From Candidatus Dormiibacterota bacterium (GTDB lineage Bacteria; Chloroflexota; Dormibacteria; Dormibacterales; Dormibacteraceae): a stretch of 64,000 nucleotides of DNA. Below, one piece after another: positions 35,013 through 42,404 of this stretch. The notes under the pieces are model-generated. The model saw only the letters and a list, made by a program, of their open reading frames with translations, was not told the DNA's origin and made no database searches. The translations under genes and the position numbers were made by a program. Each line of letters opens with the position of its first letter. The first letter of the stretch is position 1. The DNA lies in the NCBI GenBank assembly GCA_036844615.1, contig DAIUFK010000001.1, positions 9,694 to 73,693 of the forward strand, written 5' to 3'.

Positions 35013-35819
35013 CTAGCGCTCGAGCACGTACCAGCCGGCCCGCGTGGCGCCGGTCACCCTGTAGCCCTCGGTGAATGCATCGCCAAGCGCCCGGCGAAGC
35101 GCGAGTCTCCAGGAGCGCGCCATCGCGGCGTCAGAGCGCCGCAGCTCGACGACATCCTCCGGGACCTGGCACATAAGGACGCGCGCAGATGACGGCACCT
35201 CCACCGGCTCACCCGCTGGACCCACTGAAAGCACGGCCCCCGCGCCGGCGCGGAGCAGCTCCTCGACATCAGGCTCGGAAGCGTGGCCGGCGGCGGCCAC
35301 CACTGCCGATGTTGAGTCGAGCCGCCAGCTGATGAGCAGGCGATCCGATTCCTCGCCGGCGTTGAGCCCGTCGGACATCACGCCATAGAAGTTGACGAGG
35401 TATTCCATGGCGCTCGCCCCAAGCTTGTAGAGATTGAAGTAGGCATTGCGGCGGACCAGCGGGTCGGTTGTCCATTCCACGACCTTCACGTCGCGCTCGA
35501 GGCACCAACCGCGCTGGTGCTGCTTGAGCTCGAAGCCGAGGCCCTGCACCTGGCTGTCAGCCACGATGCCAAGGATGTGGGAGTGCATGTGGAGGCCGTG
35601 CGCTGGCGTGCCGCCGAGCCACCCGACGAGCCCTCCCACCATCCGCGCCCCGACGCGGGCGGCGACCACGTAGTTGCCTGAATGCGAAAGGGCTCGAAGG
35701 ATGTCGGTGTTGACTGGCGGTTCCTCGGGGCTCTCCCAGATCGCGGTGAACAGCTCCTCCAGCTCGCGCAGCTCCTCCAGCTCGCGCAGCTCGGAGAGGA
35801 CGACTTGTGTCCGCGTCAC
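35013..35819 (-). CDS. GNAT-fold acetyltransferase-like protein (COG3375-like)
   Basis: HILGIVADSQVQGLGFELKQHQR, VVEWTTDPLVRRNAYFNLYKLG. It overlaps the pxpA stop by 4 nt. Confidence 0.6.
   Translation of the reverse strand: MTRTQVVLSELRELEELRELEELFTAIWESPEEPPVNTDILRALSHSGNYVVAARVGARMVGGLVGWLGGTPAHGLHMHSHILGIVADSQVQGLGFELKQHQRGWCLERDVKVVEWTTDPLVRRNAYFNLYKLGASAMEYLVNFYGVMSDGLNAGEESDRLLISWRLDSTSAVVAAAGHASEPDVEELLRAGAGAVLSVGPAGEPVEVPSSARVLMCQVPEDVVELRRSDAAMARSWRLALRRALGDAFTEGYRVTGATRAGWYVLER
35751..35786. repeat. perfect 18-bp tandem duplication inside the GNAT gene
   Basis: CAGCTCCTCCAGCTCGCG occurs twice, followed by a partial third copy. It encodes LRELEE-LRELEE near the N-terminus. Confidence 0.9.
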
Positions 35820-36496
35820 CTCTGAACCAGGGGTCGCGTCTCAATGCCCGCGTCGCGCAGCGCTTGCCGCACACTCGACGCCATCTTCGCAGCGCCCTTG
35901 CCGTCTCCGTGAACACAGATGGTGTCGTAGCGCCCCGACTGGGCCAAGCGGACCGCCTGCCTCGCGGCCGCAAGCGGGGTCAGCAGCGCGCCGGGCCAGC
36001 TGCGTGGGGCGAGACTGCCATCCGGCATTGCGAGCCTGTCGGCGAACCCTTCGCGGTAGGCGGGGATTCCCGCCCGGCCAGCGGCGGCAACGATCTCGAA
36101 TCCCGGCTGCCCAAGCAGGCCAACCCCGTGCGCCTTGGCGACTCGAGCCACGGCGTCAGCCGCATCGGAGTCGCGCTGGCATCGGTGGTAAAGGGCGCCG
36201 TGCGGCTTGACGTACGCGATGGGGACCACCGCCGCCAGGCCCGCCACCTGGTACGCGACAAGAGCCTCGATTTCGGCAGGTGTCAGCGCCTTCTCGATGC
36301 GGCCGAACCCTGCACTGTCGTCGTATCCGGGATGCGCACCAACCTCGACTCCTAACTGCCTGCACCGCCACGCGGTCGCGATCGAGATCGAGACCGAGCC
36401 TGCATGCGCACCACAAGCCACGCTCGCGCTGTCGACGAAACCGAGGATTAGCTCGTCGGCCCCGGCGCCTTCGCCGATGTCCGAGTTCAGGTTCAT
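35816..36496 (-). CDS. pxpA: 5-oxoprolinase subunit A (PxpA; LamB/YcsF family)
   Basis: MNLNSDIGEG, VACGAHAG, AHPGYDD and VKPHGALY. Confidence 0.9.
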   Translation of the reverse strand: MNLNSDIGEGAGADELILGFVDSASVACGAHAGSVSISIATAWRCRQLGVEVGAHPGYDDSAGFGRIEKALTPAEIEALVAYQVAGLAAVVPIAYVKPHGALYHRCQRDSDAADAVARVAKAHGVGLLGQPGFEIVAAAGRAGIPAYREGFADRLAMPDGSLAPRSWPGALLTPLAAARQAVRLAQSGRYDTICVHGDGKGAAKMASSVRQALRDAGIETRPLVQR

Positions 36497-36511
36497 TTCA
36501 GGTAGGCGACG

Positions 36512-37018
36512 TCAGTGGGCGGTGTCGCCATGCAGGAGCTGGAGGGCGTGATCGAGGGTCGCCATTACGGCCTCAAGCGATTCCGTCGCCCCCTTCACGC
36601 TGCCTGGCACGTTGATGATCAGCGTCCGTCCCCGCACCCCTGCCATGGAGCGCGATAGCAACGCCATCGGCGTGCTCGCGCCGCCGGCCCGCCTCATCTC
36701 TTCTCCGATGCCGGGCACCGTGTAGTCGAGCAGCGGCGCGGTCGCCTGCGGTGTCACGTCGCGAGGACCGAGACCAGTCCCCCCCGTCGTCACGACAAGG
36801 TCTGCGCCGCGAGCGATGGCAATTTCGATCGCTTCAGCGATTTGCGCGATCTCGTCAGGCACCACCACAGGCCCGCTTACCTCGAGGCCGCCTGCACGCA
36901 GCAGGGCGACCAGCGCCACACCACTTTTGTCCTCGCGGGTTCCGTGGAAGACACCGTCGCTGACGGTGACGACGTGAGCCTTGCTCAACGGGCGGCTTTG
37001 GCTCTCGGTCGCTTCCAT
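36512..37018 (-). CDS. mogA: molybdopterin adenylyltransferase / MoaB-MogA family protein
   Basis: [31 protein letters not shown] and INVPGS. Confidence 0.85.
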   Translation of the reverse strand: MEATESQSRPLSKAHVVTVSDGVFHGTREDKSGVALVALLRAGGLEVSGPVVVPDEIAQIAEAIEIAIARGADLVVTTGGTGLGPRDVTPQATAPLLDYTVPGIGEEMRRAGGASTPMALLSRSMAGVRGRTLIINVPGSVKGATESLEAVMATLDHALQLLHGDTAH

Positions 37019-37482
37019 TCTCCTGACCGGCCGCCCGACTTCTCCAGCAGCTTCACCGATTCGAGATACACGCCGCGCTCAATTCCCTTGGTCATGTCGA
37101 TGAGCGTCAGGCCCGCGACGGCGGCGGCTGTCAACGCCTCCATCTCTACGCCGGTCTGGCCCACGACCCTGGCTCTGGCCAGCACACGCACGGCGCCGCG
37201 AACGAACTCGAAGTCCAGCGCCACGCTGGTCAGCGGCAGCGGGTGGCAGAGGGGGATCAGCTCGGAAGTGCGTTTGGCGGCCATGATGCCGGCCACCCTC
37301 GCCACCTGCAGCGCATCACCCTTCGCGGTGCCCTCTTTGACTGCACGCAGGGTGGCGGGTGCCATTCGCACAAGGCACTCGGCAAGGGCTTCGCGCACTG
37401 TGGCGGCCTTGTCGGCGACGTCGATCATCCGCGCCGCTCCGCGCTCGTCGAGGTGCGTCAACCGCGAGATCCCGCGTGCCAC
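36985..37482 (-). CDS. moaC: cyclic pyranopterin monophosphate synthase accessory protein MoaC
   Basis: [44 protein letters not shown] and GVEMEALTA. Confidence 0.9.
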   Translation of the reverse strand: MARGISRLTHLDERGAARMIDVADKAATVREALAECLVRMAPATLRAVKEGTAKGDALQVARVAGIMAAKRTSELIPLCHPLPLTSVALDFEFVRGAVRVLARARVVGQTGVEMEALTAAAVAGLTLIDMTKGIERGVYLESVKLLEKSGGRSGEWKRPRAKAAR

Positions 37483-37499
37483 ACGATCAGGATATGCGG

Positions 37500-38207
37500 A
37501 TGTCCGACATCGATGCCGTCCTCTTTGATTACGGTCGGACGCTTGTCACGTTCGCATATCCGACCGAGGACCTGCTCGAGGTGCTCCGGCGCTTTCGCCC
37601 GCGCATCGCGGAGCTGCTTGGGGCACCGCCGCCTGAGGCGGACACGATCCTGCGGGACGTTCTCCTGCCGCTGGAGGAACACATCGAGAGCCCCGGCGAG
37701 AATGAGGTGAAGTGGATCGAGGTGTACGGCGCAGCGTGGCGACGCGCCGGGCTGGATCTTCCCGCTGACCTGCTGTACGAGATCCTCGACGCGGACCAGC
37801 AGTGCTGGGATCGCGCGGTGCGCGTGGACGCGGACGCCCTGCAGGTCCTGTCGTGGCTTGGCGCGCGGGGCATCAAGCGCGCCGTGTGCTCGAACGCGCC
37901 GTTTCCGCCTGAGATGATGCGGCGCCAGGTGGACGCCAACGGAATCGGAGAGCTGACGGAGGCTGTGCTGTTCTCGAGCGAGGTCGGCAGCCGCAAACCG
38001 GCGCCGGAGATGTATCGCGCCGCGCTTGCGGCGGTCGGGGTCAAGGCAGAAAGAGCGCTCTTCGTCGGGGATCGCGTGCGCGAGGACTATGAAGGCCCAC
38101 GCTCGGTAGGCATGCGCGCAGTGATCTGCACCGCTCACGCGGCCGAACCGCCGCCTGACGGGATCCCGATCATCGCCACGCTGAGCGACCTGCCTGGGCT
38201 GCTGTGA
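37500..38207 (+). CDS. HAD-superfamily hydrolase (subfamily IA-like)
   Basis: [25 protein letters not shown] and [12 protein letters not shown]. Start is ATG at 37500 or 37494. Confidence 0.75.
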   Translation: MSDIDAVLFDYGRTLVTFAYPTEDLLEVLRRFRPRIAELLGAPPPEADTILRDVLLPLEEHIESPGENEVKWIEVYGAAWRRAGLDLPADLLYEILDADQQCWDRAVRVDADALQVLSWLGARGIKRAVCSNAPFPPEMMRRQVDANGIGELTEAVLFSSEVGSRKPAPEMYRAALAAVGVKAERALFVGDRVREDYEGPRSVGMRAVICTAHAAEPPPDGIPIIATLSDLPGLL

Positions 38208-38452
38208 GCGAACCGAAGAAACGACCAGGACTGCTGTGGCGCCTCTTTTACGGCCGTCAGCGCAAAGGCTTCCCCTGGCTGCTTGTGGTGGTGATCATCG
38301 CGATCGCCGCGCTTGCTTTGTCCTTTGCCATCCCAGGCGGCGCCGACATGTGGAGGACGGTCGCGCCTGTCGCTTTCGGCGTATTTATCCTTTTTGCCCT
38401 GGCCGCCGCGATCGTCGCGGCGCTGCGGCCCCGACGGCGGCGCCGGCGCTGA
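38204..38452 (+). CDS. small hypothetical two-TM protein with a poly-Arg tail
   Basis: The GTG start overlaps the HAD stop (GTGA). Two hydrophobic helices. The 3' 68 nt overlap the convergent larB tail, so one of the two ends may be miscalled. Confidence 0.35.
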   Translation: MSEPKKRPGLLWRLFYGRQRKGFPWLLVVVIIAIAALALSFAIPGGADMWRTVAPVAFGVFILFALAAAIVAALRPRRRRRR

Positions 38453-39221
38453 TGCCACGAGCTCGCGCCGCGCGTGATGCGATGAGCACCGCTGCGGCAC
38501 CGGCTCCGACACCGTTGTCGATGTTGACGACCACCAGCCCCGTCGAGCACGACTGGAGCATCGTCGTGAGGGCCGCCTCACCGGCTCCGCCGCGACCGTA
38601 ACCCGTCGAGACCGGTAGCCCGATGACCGGGAGGTCGATGAGGCCGCACACCAGCCCGGGGAGCACGCCGTCCATGCCCGCGGCGACGACTATCACGTCA
38701 GCGCCCCATTCGAGGGTTGCCGAAAGCGGGCCGACAAAGCGGTGCAGCCCCGCCACGCCGAGGTCAGCTTCCAGCCTCGCTTCGAGACCGCACGCCTCGA
38801 CGACCATTCGCGCTTCGTCGGCGACACGCACGTCGGAGGTGCCCGCCGTGAGGAGGCCTACCTTGCCGGCGATGGGTTCCGGGCTGAAGCCGGTGCGGAC
38901 GACGCGGGCCGAGTCCGCGTACGCAACCACCTGCATATCCGCACCGTCGGCGGCATCCACCAGCGCCGCGCGATGGGCATCGGACATGCGGCTGATAAGG
39001 CCCTGGCCCTGGCGTTCGGCCATCGCCACCGCCAGCCTTGCCGCTTCGGCGGGAGTCTTGCCGGTGGCGAGGACCACCTCCGGAATGCCGCGACGCAAGA
39101 AGCGGCCAAGGTCCAGCCGAGCACGACCGTCGAGCTCCTTCAGCTGCAGCGTGCGGAGCTCGGCGAGCGCCTCGTCCTCGGTGAGCTCGCCGGACAGCAA
39201 CCTGCGCAGAACGTCCCTCAC
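38385..39221 (-). CDS. larB: LarB-type (PurE-like) nickel-pincer cofactor biosynthesis carboxylase/hydrolase
   Basis: N-terminal helical domain (LLSGELTEDEALAEL), then GLLTAGTSDVRVADEA, DLGVAGLHR, VAAGMDGVLPG and VVNIDNG. The GTG start overlaps the stop of the upstream Mut7-C gene. Confidence 0.8.
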   Translation of the reverse strand: MRDVLRRLLSGELTEDEALAELRTLQLKELDGRARLDLGRFLRRGIPEVVLATGKTPAEAARLAVAMAERQGQGLISRMSDAHRAALVDAADGADMQVVAYADSARVVRTGFSPEPIAGKVGLLTAGTSDVRVADEARMVVEACGLEARLEADLGVAGLHRFVGPLSATLEWGADVIVVAAGMDGVLPGLVCGLIDLPVIGLPVSTGYGRGGAGEAALTTMLQSCSTGLVVVNIDNGVGAGAAAVLIASRAARARGISAGAAVGAAAPRRSRRPGQKG

Positions 39222-39682
39222 AGGCCGGCCAGGACCTCGCGCATGCGCTGCCAGTGGGTGCCCGCCCAATAGATGCGGCCGCAGGAGGGACACTCGGAGT
39301 AGCGGGACTGGGTGAGGCGCACATACGGAGGCACGCGCTCGGCGACGGTCGCAGGGACGCGTGACTCCAGCTCGGCGTTGCACTCGATGCATCGAGTAAG
39401 CGCTTCCTTCAGCTCGAGGTCGAGCTCCGCGAACACCTGGCGTAGCTGCTGGGTCACCTCGTCGTCGCGGATGAGGATCGCGCGGACCACGCCGGTCTGG
39501 ATGACCCGTCGCTTGGTGAGGTCCCTGTCGCGAGTCAACAGCACGCGGCTTTCAGCGGCGGCCTCACGGACCAGCTCGGCGTCGCCGATGCGCGAGTGGT
39601 AGGAGGCGTCATAGCCCAGAGCGCGCAGCCAGCGGGCGAGGCGCCCGACGTTGCAGTCGGCGAGGAAGCGGGGCTTCACCAC
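39218..39682 (-). CDS. Mut7-C (DUF82) PIN-like RNase domain protein with C-terminal zinc ribbon
   Basis: FLADCNVGRLARWLRALGYD, LLTRDRDL, RCIECNAEL ... CPSCGRIYWAGTHW. Start is GTG at 39682 or ATG at 39718. Confidence 0.75.
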   Translation of the reverse strand: MVKPRFLADCNVGRLARWLRALGYDASYHSRIGDAELVREAAAESRVLLTRDRDLTKRRVIQTGVVRAILIRDDEVTQQLRQVFAELDLELKEALTRCIECNAELESRVPATVAERVPPYVRLTQSRYSECPSCGRIYWAGTHWQRMREVLAGL

Positions 39683-39703
39683 TGCAATCTTAGAATCGCA
39701 TGG

Positions 39704-39982
39704 ATGGGGACCCAGCAAGAGCTAATGGCCAGGTTGAGCGCCGAGGCCGAGGGCTGCTACTCATGGTCGAATGGGCCTGGAGATCGCTACGCGCCCCACA
39801 GCCACGGTTACGAGAAGGTCCTGTATTGCGTCGAGGGCTCGATCACTTTCGTCCTCGAAACGGAGGCCAGGCGACTCGAGCTGGCCGCCGGTGATCGAAT
39901 GGTGCTGCCCGCCGGCACTGTCCATTCCGCCACGGTGGGACCTGGTGGCTGCACGTGCATCGAGGGGCGGCGCGAGCGCTGA
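39704..39982 (+). CDS. small cupin domain protein
   Basis: 92 aa with YAPHSHGYEKVLYCVEGS...VLPAGTVHSA, a cupin motif 1/2 pattern. Confidence 0.7.
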   Translation: MGTQQELMARLSAEAEGCYSWSNGPGDRYAPHSHGYEKVLYCVEGSITFVLETEARRLELAAGDRMVLPAGTVHSATVGPGGCTCIEGRRER

Positions 39983-39997
39983 TTCCCGCGGCGTAAT

Positions 39998-40354
39998 ATG
40001 GGCGACGCGATGAGCATCATCGAGTTCATCCGCGACCGGGCGCGGTTTTACAACTGCCCGGTGTGCGGGCGCAGCCTCAAGGGCTGCGATGTACAGGTCC
40101 TCAGTCATGAGGAGGAGCGCTTTCACCTCCAGGTCACCTGCGCGCAATGCCAGGTGACGTTCATCGTCGTGCTCGCGATCGCGGGTGCCGGCGTCGAGGA
40201 GATCGAGGGCGTCGCGGCCGAGCCCGCTGCAGAGCCGGTGGCGGCCCGCGAGCCTATAAGCGTGGACGAGATCATCGATCTTCACCTGATGCTCAAAGGC
40301 TTTCAGGGCACCCTCTCAGAGCTCATCCAGCAGCCCGACCACAGCCGCGGCTGA
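39998..40354 (+). CDS. hypothetical zinc-ribbon protein
   Basis: CPVCGR ... CAQCQ, then an Ala/Glu/Pro linker and a conserved-looking C-terminus ISVDEIIDLHLMLKGFQGTLSELI. Confidence 0.45.
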   Translation: MGDAMSIIEFIRDRARFYNCPVCGRSLKGCDVQVLSHEEERFHLQVTCAQCQVTFIVVLAIAGAGVEEIEGVAAEPAAEPVAAREPISVDEIIDLHLMLKGFQGTLSELIQQPDHSRG

Positions 40355-40519
40355 CGCACGGAGCGCACGGGTGCGCGTCCTTAACAGCCTGGGTTGTCAT
40401 CCCCAACTGCGATCGATAACGTTGGCCGTGGTCGGCAGGTTGGGGGCACTCAATAAGTCCCATCCTGCTCGCCGCGTTGGCGCGCAGGGAACTTGCCTGG
40501 AGGATGGTGGGCCCGGACC

Positions 40520-41620
40520 GTGAAGCGAATCTATCTCGACGATGCAGGATCGGCGCCTCTTCTGAGCGAGGCTGCCGACGCGCTCCGCGACCTTCCGCAG
40601 GGCAATCCATCGAGTCTCCACGCAGAGGGGCGCGCCGCCCGTTCCGCGCTCGACCGCGCGCGTGACACAGCAGCGCGCGCTCTTGGCGCCGACCGCACCG
40701 AGATCACCTTCACCTCGTCAGGCACCGAGGCCGTCAACCTCGCCATCTTCGGCGCCGGTCGCCGCATCCCCAAGCAAGGGCTGATCGTGACGTGGTCGGC
40801 CGAGCACCAATCGGTCCTGGGGCCGGTCCGGCGCCTCGAATCCGAGGGCCACGCCGTCGAGATCGCAGACGTCGACCAGGATGCCCGCGCCGACCCTGAT
40901 GCCATCCCGCGCGGTGCCGCGCTGGTCTCGATCGGGCTCGCCAACAATGAGGTCGGGACCATCCAGCCCGTGACCGAGGTGATCGCCCGCGCGCACGAGC
41001 TCGGCGCCATCGTGCACATCGACGCATGCGCGGGCCCGCGGTGGATTCCGATTCCGAACGGCGCCGACCTCGTCTCGTTCAGTGGACGCAAGCTCGGCGC
41101 GGATCGCGGCGGAATGCTTTTCGTGAAAGAGGGCATTCGCCTCGACCCTCTTCTTTATGGCGGGCCGCAGGAATGGGGTCGCCGGGCCGGAAGCGAGGAC
41201 GTATCGGCGGCAGCCGCCGTCGCCACAGCGCTGGCGGTGTGCACACAAGATCGCGACCTGCGGTCACAGATCGCGAACCGTCAAGCCGCTTGGTTGCGCG
41301 AGCTCCTTCGAGAGCTTGGTGGGCGCCTGACCGGGTCCGCTCCGCAGCTGCCCAACTTCGCCACCTGTGCGTTCGCGGACCGTCGCGGTGAGGACCTCCT
41401 GCTCGCCCTCGACCTCGCAGGCGTCGCCGCTTCGAGCGGGTCGGCATGCGCCTCGGGGTCGCTGGATCCGTCGCATGTGCTGCTCGCGATGGGGCTCGGC
41501 CTGGACGAGGCGCTCGGCAGCCTGCGGCTGACGACTGGTTACTCGACGACCGACGACGAGCTCTCCAGTGCGTCCGCGATCCTCTCTTCGGTCCTGACTC
41601 GTGCCGGCGCCAGCGCGTAG
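40520..41620 (+). CDS. class I (NifS/IscS-like) cysteine desulfurase family protein
   Basis: IYLDDAGSAP, NPSSLHAEG, FTSSGTEAVNLAI, the Lys context SFSGRKLG and the active-site loop SSGSACASG. GTG start at 40520. Confidence 0.85.
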   Translation: MKRIYLDDAGSAPLLSEAADALRDLPQGNPSSLHAEGRAARSALDRARDTAARALGADRTEITFTSSGTEAVNLAIFGAGRRIPKQGLIVTWSAEHQSVLGPVRRLESEGHAVEIADVDQDARADPDAIPRGAALVSIGLANNEVGTIQPVTEVIARAHELGAIVHIDACAGPRWIPIPNGADLVSFSGRKLGADRGGMLFVKEGIRLDPLLYGGPQEWGRRAGSEDVSAAAAVATALAVCTQDRDLRSQIANRQAAWLRELLRELGGRLTGSAPQLPNFATCAFADRRGEDLLLALDLAGVAASSGSACASGSLDPSHVLLAMGLGLDEALGSLRLTTGYSTTDDELSSASAILSSVLTRAGASA

Positions 41621-42395
41621 CGTCGAGGAGGAGCTTGCCAGGCGCCTCTCCCTCGGGGAAGAGGTGGTGCTGGCGACTGTGATCAAGCTCGACGGCGAGC
41701 CGCCGTCGCAACCTGGCGCGAAGCTTCTTCTTTCGCGCAGCGCGACGCTCGCCGGCACGCTGGGGTGCAGCGAGTTCGATTCGGCCGCCATGGCAGATGC
41801 CGGCGCCATCGCTGGAGCAGGCGCTCCCGTGCTGCGCACTTACAAGCATGAGCTTGGTTCCATCGACGTCTACATCGAGCCCCATGCGCCGGCGCCGACG
41901 CTTGTCGTCTTCGCCGCGACGCCTGTGGCGAGGGCCCTGCTGCGCTGGGCCCCCGAGGTTGGTTTCCGGACCGTGCTGGTGGAGACCCGGCCGGAACGGC
42001 TCAAAGGCGCTGAGTGGCCTGGCGCGATCGGATCGCTGAGCGATCTTGCCGCCGCCTTGGGATCAGACGTCTACGCCGTGCACACCGACCACGACGCCGA
42101 AGACCTGGTCCCTGCACTAGAAGCTCTCCTGCCGAGCGAGCCTCGATTCATCGGGCTAGTGGGCAGTCGCCGCCACACCGGCCACCACCTCGAAGCCCTT
42201 CGTGCGAAGGGAGTGCCGGAGGAGGTCATCGCGCGAATCCAGAGCCCGGTCGGCCTGGACCTCGGGTCGGTCACGCCCGGCGAGATCGCTCTCTCGATCC
42301 TTGCGGGTGTAGTGGCGGTGCGGAGGCATGGGCTCGGAGGGTGGAAGCGCGACGTGGACCGGGCCGAGTTGGATCAGCCCGACCGAACCTCATAA
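41601..42395 (+). CDS. XdhC/CoxI-family molybdenum cofactor insertion/sulfuration chaperone
   Basis: VVLATVIKLDGEPPSQPGAKLLL, LVVFAATPVARAL and IGLVGSRRH...SPVGLDLG. It overlaps the desulfurase gene by 20 nt. Confidence 0.8.
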   Translation: MPAPARSVEEELARRLSLGEEVVLATVIKLDGEPPSQPGAKLLLSRSATLAGTLGCSEFDSAAMADAGAIAGAGAPVLRTYKHELGSIDVYIEPHAPAPTLVVFAATPVARALLRWAPEVGFRTVLVETRPERLKGAEWPGAIGSLSDLAAALGSDVYAVHTDHDAEDLVPALEALLPSEPRFIGLVGSRRHTGHHLEALRAKGVPEEVIARIQSPVGLDLGSVTPGEIALSILAGVVAVRRHGLGGWKRDVDRAELDQPDRTS

Positions 42396-42404
42396 TCAGG
42401 CCCC

